From NCBI GenBank assembly GCA_038046625.1, contig JBBSVV010000049.1, forward strand, positions 2,672 through 20,562: 17,891 nt of DNA, written 5' to 3'. A program made the position numbers and the translations under genes. Below the pieces are notes generated by a model. The model was given only the letters and a program-made list of their open reading frames with translations. It was not told where the DNA came from and made no database searches. The DNA comes from an archaeon. GTDB taxonomy: Archaea; Iainarchaeota; Iainarchaeia; Iainarchaeales; Iainarchaeaceae. Positions within the stretch are counted from its first letter, which is position 1; each line of letters opens with the position of its first letter. This document shows, piece after piece, positions 1 to 6,714 of this stretch.

Positions 1-269
1 GCGCGCAAATCAACAAGCTCACCATCAAAGGGCTGCCTGTTCAAAGAAAGAACCCTTGAAAGAACCGCTTTGCCATCCTTATAACCCAGAGTATAAATTT
101 TTTCATCCGAAGGAAGCATTATCGCCTCATAGCCCTTCTCATTCCTGATGATTTCTTTAGAATACTTCTGGCGCATCTCATCCCAGAGCTGATTAAAAGG
201 TTTTTTTACGAATTCAAGCTCTTTACTGCCTTCTTTTTGCACATAAAGCTCGTTAAACCCGTAATGGCA
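1..269 (-). mobile_element. Intein (N-terminal splicing region) inserted in LonB after ...GDVRHDPLQ
   Basis: The conserved LonB continuation SGGLGTP is replaced by CHYGFNELYVQKEG...IYTLGYKDGKAVLSRVLSLNRQPFDGELVDLR, starting with Cys (codon 267-269). The site matches the Lon intein site known from Thermococcales. Block B and the C-terminal HN/S lie outside the window. Confidence 0.85.
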
Positions 270-884
270 TTGCAGCGGATCATGCCTCACATCACCAAGC
301 AATGCCCCTGCACGGGCACCCGTTGCCTCGAAGAACGGAGCAATCTTTTTCCCCTTGTTGTTTACAAGGAGCTTAGGAACAACAACGCCGCCCTTCACGC
401 GCATCTGCGCGCCAAGAGCAAAGCCCACAATCAAAAATCCGCCGAGAATCAAAGTGGCCGCATAAACAACATCCGGCATGAAACCGAGTGTCCAGAAAAC
501 ATAACTCAGGATGAACCAACCCAAAGGCAGAATGAAACCAAGAAGGCGCATATTATCCTCCTGTGTCTTTGCCTCGAGGCGCGACTCCTCCATAATCCTT
601 GTCCCGTCGCCCGCCTTCACAACACGCACTTTCGGGTTGTTCGGGTCCTCCTCATTCGGGTAAATCAGGGTATCTGTGAGGCGCTGCAGCGGCATTATTT
701 CGGACATGGCCTTTGCAAGCATTGATTTTCCGGTTCCCGGCAAGCCGACAAGAAGAACATTCCTTTTCTGCACCGCGGCCTTGCGAATCAGCTCAACGCA
801 GCGGTCCTGGCCAATGACCTGCTCCAAAAGCAATTTTGGGACAGGAACATCCTTGGTTGAAGCGAGCTTTAGAAGGTCAGGCAT
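1..884 (-). CDS. lonB: Archaeal membrane-bound Lon protease (LonB), N-terminal part, interrupted by an intein; 3' end lies outside the window
   Basis: Hand translation from ATG at 884: MPDLLKLASTKDVPVPKLLLEQVIGQD...RNVLLVGLPGTGKSMLAKAM (Walker A), YPNEEDPNNPKVRVV, two hydrophobic TM segments, then APFFEATGARAGALLGDVRHDPLQ, all LonB signatures. The frame is open to position 1. Confidence 0.95.
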   Translation of the reverse strand, partial: MPDLLKLASTKDVPVPKLLLEQVIGQDRCVELIRKAAVQKRNVLLVGLPGTGKSMLAKAMSEIMPLQRLTDTLIYPNEEDPNNPKVRVVKAGDGTRIMEESRLEAKTQEDNMRLLGFILPLGWFILSYVFWTLGFMPDVVYAATLILGGFLIVGFALGAQMRVKGGVVVPKLLVNNKGKKIAPFFEATGARAGALLGDVRHDPLQCHYGFNELYVQKEGSKELEFVKKPFNQLWDEMRQKYSKEIIRNEKGYEAIMLPSDEKIYTLGYKDGKAVLSRVLSLNRQPFDGELVDLR

Positions 885-907
885 AATTATGAATTATATA
901 AATAAGC

Positions 908-915
908 TATTTAAA
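908..915 (-). promoter_or_regulatory. TATA box of lonB (TTTAAATA), probably a leaderless transcript
   Basis: TTTAAATA on the minus strand about 24 nt upstream of the ATG at 884, with no SD. Confidence 0.6.
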
Positions 916-939
916 TGGTTGTAATTTCTGAGCAGAGAA

Positions 940-957
940 GCAAAATACTTATTTTGC
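940..957. promoter_or_regulatory. Perfect inverted repeat GCAAAATA-CT-TATTTTGC, operator-like
   Basis: 8-bp arms with a 2-nt spacer, between the divergent lonB and sigma promoters. Confidence 0.45.
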
Positions 958-973
958 AATACCAAACACAAAC

Positions 974-1012
974 AATATTTAACCCATGTGAGCGTTCTGA
1001 TATTTGAAGTGA
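974..1012 (+). promoter_or_regulatory. TATA-like box (AATATTTAA, 974-982) and SD-like GAAGTGA (1006-1012) upstream of the sigma gene
   Basis: The identical 9-mer AATATTTAA precedes the pilin operon (13870-13878). A GTGA-type archaeal SD sits 4 nt before TTG 1017. Confidence 0.5.
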
Positions 1013-1016
1013 GAAT

Positions 1017-2186
1017 TTGCCTAAGCCTAAACCACCTCAGAAAATAGGAAGAGTAAACCCTGATGAGATAAATGCCGAACGTGAACCGCTTCGGCACTAT
1101 TATAGCCAGATAAAAGGCCACAGGATTCCGGAAGCAGAAGAAATAAAGCAATGGGCCAGACAATACAGGGCATCACCCAATACCCCAAAAGGACTGGAAG
1201 CAAGGAATAACATAATTCAGCACAACCTTCGTTACTCTCACTCGATCGGGCAAAGATATTACCGCCTTATAAGAAACTTAAACGCTAGGACCACCACGGC
1301 CGACCTCATCCAGGCATCAAATGAAGGGCTTGTAAAAGCAGCTACAAAATATGACCCTGAAAGAGGAGCCACCTTCCTAACTTATGCGACTCATTACATG
1401 AGAGGGCATGTTTTGAGAGAGATTATTAAATCATTCATCATCAAGAAACCGCCATTTTATATCATAAAAATGCTCGAAAAAGAAATTGCGGAAATTGAAA
1501 ATTATGAGAGCAAAGGCAGAAAACCAACTAAAGAGGCCTTTAAAACCCTGCAAAAAAAGAAAGAAAGACTCGATATAATTCAGAGAGCAAACAGAATCCT
1601 CGACATTGATGCCCCTTTGCGAGAGGGAGAAGAACTTTCACTTCATGACAGGGTTTCGAAAACAGGCGCTAGCGAAATGCGCGACCAGATCGAAATAGCA
1701 CTCTTTAGAAATAAATTAACCAGAGCACTTGGAATGCTTAACGAAAACGAGCGCAAAGTAATTGAAATGCGCATCATTGACCCACAAAAAAAGACATTTG
1801 AAGCTATAGGGAAAAGAATGGGGTTTTCAAAGCAAGGTGCACAGCAACTATTCGAACATGCTGTTGCAAAATTATCCGTAAGGCCTGAGCTTAGAGGGCC
1901 TCTTCAAAGAATAATGTTCGGAGACAGAAGAAGAAAAACCAGTAAAATCAAACGCCCAAATGAAACTCAAATCAAGCTGCTTAGAGACGCGATGGAGAGA
2001 ATTGGGTTTAGCGGAATAAGAAAAAGAGTCATACAACTGAGATTCTTGGAACCAAAACCCCTCAGCATTCGTGAAATAGCGTTGCAATGCAGATCCTACC
2101 CGAACCAAATAGGGCTATTGTTGCGCAAAATAAAAATACAGTTAAATGACCCTTCTCTTGACAATCTTTTTGCAATGGACTATTAA
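1017..2186 (+). CDS. Sigma-70 family RNA polymerase sigma-factor homolog (regions 1.2, 2, 3.2-like, 4, plus an extra C-terminal sigma4-like HTH)
   Basis: Region 1.2-like PLRHYYSQIKGHRIPEAEE; region 2.1 ARNNIIQHNLRY; region 2.2 DLIQASNEGLVKAATKYDPERG; region 2.3 FLTYATHYMR; region 3.2-like LDIDAPLREGEELSLHD; region 4 LNENERKVIEMR...TFEAIGKRMGFSKQGAQQLFEHAVAKL. TTG start. Confidence 0.9.
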   Translation: MPKPKPPQKIGRVNPDEINAEREPLRHYYSQIKGHRIPEAEEIKQWARQYRASPNTPKGLEARNNIIQHNLRYSHSIGQRYYRLIRNLNARTTTADLIQASNEGLVKAATKYDPERGATFLTYATHYMRGHVLREIIKSFIIKKPPFYIIKMLEKEIAEIENYESKGRKPTKEAFKTLQKKKERLDIIQRANRILDIDAPLREGEELSLHDRVSKTGASEMRDQIEIALFRNKLTRALGMLNENERKVIEMRIIDPQKKTFEAIGKRMGFSKQGAQQLFEHAVAKLSVRPELRGPLQRIMFGDRRRKTSKIKRPNETQIKLLRDAMERIGFSGIRKRVIQLRFLEPKPLSIREIALQCRSYPNQIGLLLRKIKIQLNDPSLDNLFAMDY

Positions 2187-2206
2187 CCAAAGGGCAAATC
2201 ACCCGC

Positions 2207-2329
2207 CTAAAGTTCTCCAATCGCCCTGAGCAGTTCCTCATGCCCTTTGACCAGTTTCTTGAATTCCCGGATTTCTTCCGAAACTATTCTGTACCGCGCC
2301 TCATCTTTTGAATTCCCTGATTTTTCCAT
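2207..2329 (-). CDS. Small 40-aa protein MEKSGNSKDEARYRIVSEEIREFKKLVKGHEELLRAIGEL; possible antitoxin-like peptide
   Basis: Hand-translated and below the ORF-track cutoff. It has a purine-rich SD-like GGAGTGG upstream and an amphipathic helical sequence. From memory (unverified) it resembles small proteins encoded downstream of Fic/Doc genes in DPANN archaea. Confidence 0.6.
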   Translation of the reverse strand: MEKSGNSKDEARYRIVSEEIREFKKLVKGHEELLRAIGEL

Positions 2330-2401
2330 TTTTTATCCACTCCCTTATCTCCTCGAGTGATCAACTCCAATAATGAAAGGTTTGTTTGGTTTGTAGACCA
2401 T
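2301..2401 (-). pseudogene. Fused gene remnants: an 18-codon start (MVYKPNKPFIIGVDHSRR*, 2345-2401) and an out-of-frame C-terminal fragment (SLEEIREWIKNGKIREFKR*, 2301-2360)
   Basis: Two protein-like fragments in different frames overlap around 2345-2360. The second is preceded directly by an in-frame TGA and overlaps the start of the 40-aa ORF. Confidence 0.45.
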
Positions 2402-2453
2402 ATCAGAGTAAGGAAAAGGACATTATTAATTATTTCACACCAAAAATAATGGC

Positions 2454-3371
2454 ATGAGCGAAAAGCCGAAAATAGTTTTTCTCGGGACAAGCGCCTCGAC
2501 GCCTACAAAAGAAAGGAACCTGAGCAGCATAGCCATCCGCTTCGAGGGCGAATGGCTGCTCTTTGATGCGCCCGAGGGAACGCAAAGGCAAATGATGAAG
2601 GCAGGAGTAAGCTATTTGAAAATAAACAAAATATTCATTTCGCACTTCCATGCAGACCACTTCCTCGGATTGGCGGGCCTGCTCGCAACAATGAACATAC
2701 ACGCACGCGACTGGCCACTCACTATCTATGGGCCGAAAGGAGTTGAAAAGAAAGTCGCGCATTCACTCGAAATGGCCATGCTGAAACCATTATTCGAAGT
2801 GAAATGCATTGAAGCAAAAAAAGGCGTGATTGTGCAGGAAGAAAAATATTCAATCGAGGCATTTCCCCTGAAGCACGAGATAGAGTGCTTCGGCTACGCG
2901 TTTATGGAGAAGGACAAGAAGGGGGAATTCAACAGGCAAAAAGCGATAGAACTCGGCATTCCTATTGGGCCGCTGTTCTCGGAACTGCAGAACGGAAAAA
3001 GCGTGCGCATAAATGGAAAAACAATAAAGCCGGAAGAAGTCATGGATTCTTCGAAAGGCCGCAAAGGGAAAAAAATCTCGATGGTTTTCGATACCTTGCC
3101 TTCAACAATTTACCACAAGGCGATACAGGATTCGGACATCCTTATCCACGAATCGTCTTTCCTCGAGGAGCGGAAGGACCGCGCGGAAGAAACAATGCAC
3201 TCGACAGCGCTTGACGCGGCTTTGGCGGCAAAAAAAACCGGCTGCAAGAAACTCGTGCTCTTCCATTTGAGCGCGCGCCACAAGGAAACCGAAAAATTCG
3301 AGAACGAAGCAAGGAAAGAATTCGGGAACTCGGTTGCGGCAACGGATTTGATGGAAATTGAAGTCGGGTAA
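2454..3371 (+). CDS. rnz: Ribonuclease Z (tRNase Z)
   Basis: FLGTSASTPTKERN, FDAPEGTQRQ, HFHADH, flexible-arm GIPIGP, DT, HESSF, HST and LFHLSARH motifs. Confidence 0.97.
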   Translation: MSEKPKIVFLGTSASTPTKERNLSSIAIRFEGEWLLFDAPEGTQRQMMKAGVSYLKINKIFISHFHADHFLGLAGLLATMNIHARDWPLTIYGPKGVEKKVAHSLEMAMLKPLFEVKCIEAKKGVIVQEEKYSIEAFPLKHEIECFGYAFMEKDKKGEFNRQKAIELGIPIGPLFSELQNGKSVRINGKTIKPEEVMDSSKGRKGKKISMVFDTLPSTIYHKAIQDSDILIHESSFLEERKDRAEETMHSTALDAALAAKKTGCKKLVLFHLSARHKETEKFENEARKEFGNSVAATDLMEIEVG

Positions 3372-3423
3372 CGCGGTTCACTAATCAAAAGTTTAATTAA
3401 CCAAAAAAGCGCATAAAGCTCAC

Positions 3424-4149
3424 ATGAAGGCAGTCATCATTGCCGCGGGCAAGGGCGTAAGGCTGAAGCCGATAACCGAGCAAATACCGAAATGCATGGT
3501 CGCAATAAAAGGAAAGCCCATGCTCGAACTCATCATGGAAAGAATAATCGGCGCGGGCGCGGAAGAAATAAACCTCATTGTCGGCTACAAAAAAGAAATC
3601 ATTGAGGACCACTTCGGCGCGGAATTCAACGGGGTAAAGCTGAACTACTTCGTGCAGAAAGAGCAAAAAGGCACGGCACATGCAGTCAGCCTGGCGGAAA
3701 AATACGTCGGCGAAAAATTCCTTGTGGCGAACGGAGATGTGCTCACGAGCACGGCGAACTACAAAAAGCTCCTTGAAACGGACGAATTCGAAAAGGTGGA
3801 CGGCCTGATTCTCGCGAGAAAAGTGAACGACCCGTGGAGATACGGCGTACTGAAAACAGAGGAGAAAAAAGTCAGGGACATAATAGAAAAGCCACTGCCG
3901 GGAGAAGAGCCGGGCAATTTGATTAACGCTGGCATTTACAGGTTCAAGAGCGACCTCTTTGAATCAATAAAGGAAACGAAGCTCTCGGAAAGGAACGAAT
4001 ACGAAATTGTTGATTCAATAAAAAACTATATGGCGAAAGGAAAGGACGTTGAGTTCAGGATGTGCGAAGGAACCTGCCTCGACATCGGCGACCTGGACGA
4101 CCTGAAAAGGGCGAACACCATGCTCGATGAACTGTTCCCAAAGCAGTGA
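3424..4149 (+). CDS. Sugar-phosphate nucleotidyltransferase (NTP_transferase; RmlA/GlmU N-terminal-like)
   Basis: MKAVIIAAGKGVRLKPIT..PK, QKEQKGTAHA, NGD, YGV, IIEKP, INAGIY and RNEYEI. No left-handed beta-helix domain. Confidence 0.9.
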   Translation: MKAVIIAAGKGVRLKPITEQIPKCMVAIKGKPMLELIMERIIGAGAEEINLIVGYKKEIIEDHFGAEFNGVKLNYFVQKEQKGTAHAVSLAEKYVGEKFLVANGDVLTSTANYKKLLETDEFEKVDGLILARKVNDPWRYGVLKTEEKKVRDIIEKPLPGEEPGNLINAGIYRFKSDLFESIKETKLSERNEYEIVDSIKNYMAKGKDVEFRMCEGTCLDIGDLDDLKRANTMLDELFPKQ

Positions 4150-4179
4150 ATGCGCAAAAAAACCGCGGAATTTTTGGAA

Positions 4180-4869
4180 TCACGTGCCGGTCTTGAATGA
4201 CTGGCCCGGTTTAAGTATTATAGGAACAGTCTTGAGGATGCTTTTCTCAATCCTCGAACTGAAATCCTTCGGGTCGGCGCCAATAGACTCGAATGAATTG
4301 TAATGCATCGGAATCACGAACTTCGGCTTCATTGTTTTTGTGGCGCGGACCGCGTCAACCACATCCATTGTCGAGTTCCCGCCGATGGGCAAAAGGGCCA
4401 CATCACACTTTATATCCGAAAAAGAATCCATCAGCGCAGTGTTGCCCGCAAAAAACAATGACTCGGCGTCCTTTGAAAAGCAAAAACTCAAAGGATAGAA
4501 AGAATTCGGGTAATGCGCCCCGAGAACGGAAACATCCACTCCGCGAAGATTGAACCTGCTGCCAACATTCACGGCGTGCTTCAGGTTAGATGGAATGTCA
4601 AGCTCGTTCAAAACAGATTCATGCGCAACAACGGTTGCGCCGTCCCTTTTCGCGAACGCCTCAACGGTTGCCCTGTCGAAGTGATCGAACTGCTCGTTGC
4701 TCACGCATATGAAATCAATGCCCTTTATTTTGTCGATGCCCACCGGGCACTTAAGCAAGGACCTGTAAGTGGCTTCCCCCTCTGGAATGTTGATGAAGGG
4801 GTCGACAAGAACATTCGTGTTCCCAAAAGCAATCTTAAAGAATGAGTGCCACAGAAACTGAATCTTCAT
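4180..4869 (-). CDS. Metallo-beta-lactamase-fold protein (UPF0173-like hydrolase) with a degenerate metal-binding motif
   Basis: Start reassigned to MKIQFLWHSFFKI (ATG 4869). Motifs LVDPFI, DVALLPIGG and PKFVIPMHY are present. HxHxDH reads NEQFDH and GDT reads GNT. Confidence 0.85.
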   Translation of the reverse strand: MKIQFLWHSFFKIAFGNTNVLVDPFINIPEGEATYRSLLKCPVGIDKIKGIDFICVSNEQFDHFDRATVEAFAKRDGATVVAHESVLNELDIPSNLKHAVNVGSRFNLRGVDVSVLGAHYPNSFYPLSFCFSKDAESLFFAGNTALMDSFSDIKCDVALLPIGGNSTMDVVDAVRATKTMKPKFVIPMHYNSFESIGADPKDFSSRIEKSILKTVPIILKPGQSFKTGT

Positions 4870-4988
4870 AGGACCACATAAAAGATAACAAAAGGCCAGT
4901 ATATTAACCTGCTGGGAAAAAACGCGGCAAAAAACGGCATTGGCGGCCTCGCAAAAATAATTAAATAAGTTCAGCACCAGATTATTGC

Positions 4989-5771
4989 ATGAAAAAACTG
5001 TTTCTCCTCGCCCTTATGCTGGGATTCATCGCGGCAAACGCGTCCGCGGTCAGCGTGGAGCTCCTGAACATCTCGATTTCCGTTAACAACGAGGGATACG
5101 CAGGCATAACAGAAAACTACTTCCTCAAATTCACGAGCCCGTTCGAGGAGGATGACTTCAAGCAAAAGGCGGTAGGCAACTCCTCAAGCCTGCTCTCATG
5201 GGAAGCGTCCTACAATTTCTTTTACCCGCGATTTGCGGAAAGCGCCGGCAACGAGCTTGACACGTCCTCAATAATTTACGACGAGGGCTCCAAGACGCTC
5301 ACGCTCAAGTACGCGCTGAAAAAAACTTTTGCAGCCCTGCTCCGCGAGGAACAGAGGGCAAACTTCTTCAGGATAAATGACAGGCAGTTCGCATCATTCA
5401 ACGAGGGCGGAACAATAGTGATTCCCGAAGGCACAAACATACAACTCACTTTGCCGACAAACTCCGAACTCCAGAGCGACCCGCCGGAAAATGCAATTGT
5501 GAACGGCAACCAAATAATTTTGAGGGGAATCCAGACTAATGCACTTACCATAGACTACAAGGCACTCAAGCCCATTGCCTCAAACCCCTTTGAAATTTTC
5601 ACGGACAACTCAGGGATATACTTCATACTGTTGCCGGTGCTCATAATTGTCGCTATTTTTGCATACATCAAAAGGGAGGAAGTCGAGCAGAGAATCGAGG
5701 ATTATCTCGTGAAGCACTCGGAAATAAAACCCAGAACAGAAGACGAAGACATTGAGCTCTCGGACATCTAA
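4989..5771 (+). CDS. Signal-peptide-bearing, C-terminally anchored membrane protein of unknown function
   Basis: Signal peptide MKKLFLLALMLGFIAANASA, a beta-rich ectodomain, TM segment GIYFILLPVLIIVAIFAYI, and an acidic tail. Confidence 0.85.
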   Translation: MKKLFLLALMLGFIAANASAVSVELLNISISVNNEGYAGITENYFLKFTSPFEEDDFKQKAVGNSSSLLSWEASYNFFYPRFAESAGNELDTSSIIYDEGSKTLTLKYALKKTFAALLREEQRANFFRINDRQFASFNEGGTIVIPEGTNIQLTLPTNSELQSDPPENAIVNGNQIILRGIQTNALTIDYKALKPIASNPFEIFTDNSGIYFILLPVLIIVAIFAYIKREEVEQRIEDYLVKHSEIKPRTEDEDIELSDI

Positions 5772-6181
5772 CCGCGCTTCTTCTTGAACACGCGGTGCTT
5801 TTTTATTTCAGGGTGCGCAACACCCTCAAACTTCACATTCATTTTCTTCAGGACATTCTGGATGCTGTAATCATCCGTAACAACAACAAACTTTTCCCTT
5901 CTTCCTTTGAATTCATGCGCAAGCGCGACTATTGATGCGTCGGCATCGCTCATCTCCGTTCCGGACTCATTCAGCTTCGCAAAAGTTTTCTGCATTGACA
6001 AGGGGCACGGGCCCTGTATCTTCAGCAGGCCCTGCGCAAAAGCGTTCTCCGCGAGGCTCTTAGAAGCAATGTCCCTCCACTCATCAAAAACCTTTGAAGT
6101 GACAAAGTATTTGTTGCCTTTCTCGAAAGAAAAATTCGGGTTGTTCAAAAGCGCAGAAGCGTCGAGGATGAAAATCATCAT
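5768..6181 (-). CDS. nob1: Nob1-family PIN endoribonuclease without the C-terminal Zn ribbon
   Basis: ILDASALL, VFDE, MSDADASIVALA and VTDDYSIQNV are Nob1 PIN signatures. Confidence 0.85.
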   Translation of the reverse strand: MMIFILDASALLNNPNFSFEKGNKYFVTSKVFDEWRDIASKSLAENAFAQGLLKIQGPCPLSMQKTFAKLNESGTEMSDADASIVALAHEFKGRREKFVVVTDDYSIQNVLKKMNVKFEGVAHPEIKKHRVFKKKRG

Positions 6182-6639
6182 TTACGCCTTGACAATTCAT
6201 CAATCCATTGGGTCAGTAACGTGTGAAGTTTATTCAGGTTTTTCCAATTGCTGGAGTCTGCAGAAACCCCGCCCAAACCGGAGATAACCCCGCGTCTTTT
6301 TTTCTCCAAAAAACCCCGTACATCGGCAGTCCTTGTTCTGTACTCTGGATCGGCATGCATCATCAGTTCAATGCCCGCATGGGTTTCCAAAAGACGAATT
6401 TCACGGAGAATAGGGTCATGGAAGGACATTGCACGGTTAATGATGGCATATTCTTCCCGCAAAATCTTTCTTCCGAGAATTTTCCCGTATTCTTCGCGGG
6501 TACGCAGCCCTGTTCTTTCACCGGGTTTGGAAGCGGCATGTTCAGGTTCCCGGGGAGCAGTATGTTGTTCTGTGGAAACCTGCCCGCCCACGGGTTTTCG
6601 TGTAAAACGCAATTTAAGCATATTTAACCAACCGGGCAT
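6178..6639 (-). CDS. Hypothetical basic protein (153 aa)
   Basis: Its stop overlaps the nob1 start (ATGA). It is divergent from pheS across an AT-rich promoter region. No recognisable family. Confidence 0.7.
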   Translation of the reverse strand: MPGWLNMLKLRFTRKPVGGQVSTEQHTAPREPEHAASKPGERTGLRTREEYGKILGRKILREEYAIINRAMSFHDPILREIRLLETHAGIELMMHADPEYRTRTADVRGFLEKKRRGVISGLGGVSADSSNWKNLNKLHTLLTQWIDELSRRK

Positions 6640-6714
6640 TTCTAACCACTAGTGAAAAAGTTAAGTCTTCAATTATTTATAACTTTATTGATGGTATATA
6701 ATGGTGTGGATTAA

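Noticed and set aside
237..924. Plus-strand ORFs 237-725 and 676-924
   Set aside because: Antisense shadows of lonB.
2284..2490. 68-aa minus-strand ORF from the track
   Set aside because: It overlaps the rnz start and its promoter; the other two minus frames give more protein-like fragments.
4870..4977. Longer N-terminus for the MBL-fold protein
   Set aside because: It crosses the divergent promoter region, and the family begins at MKIQFL.
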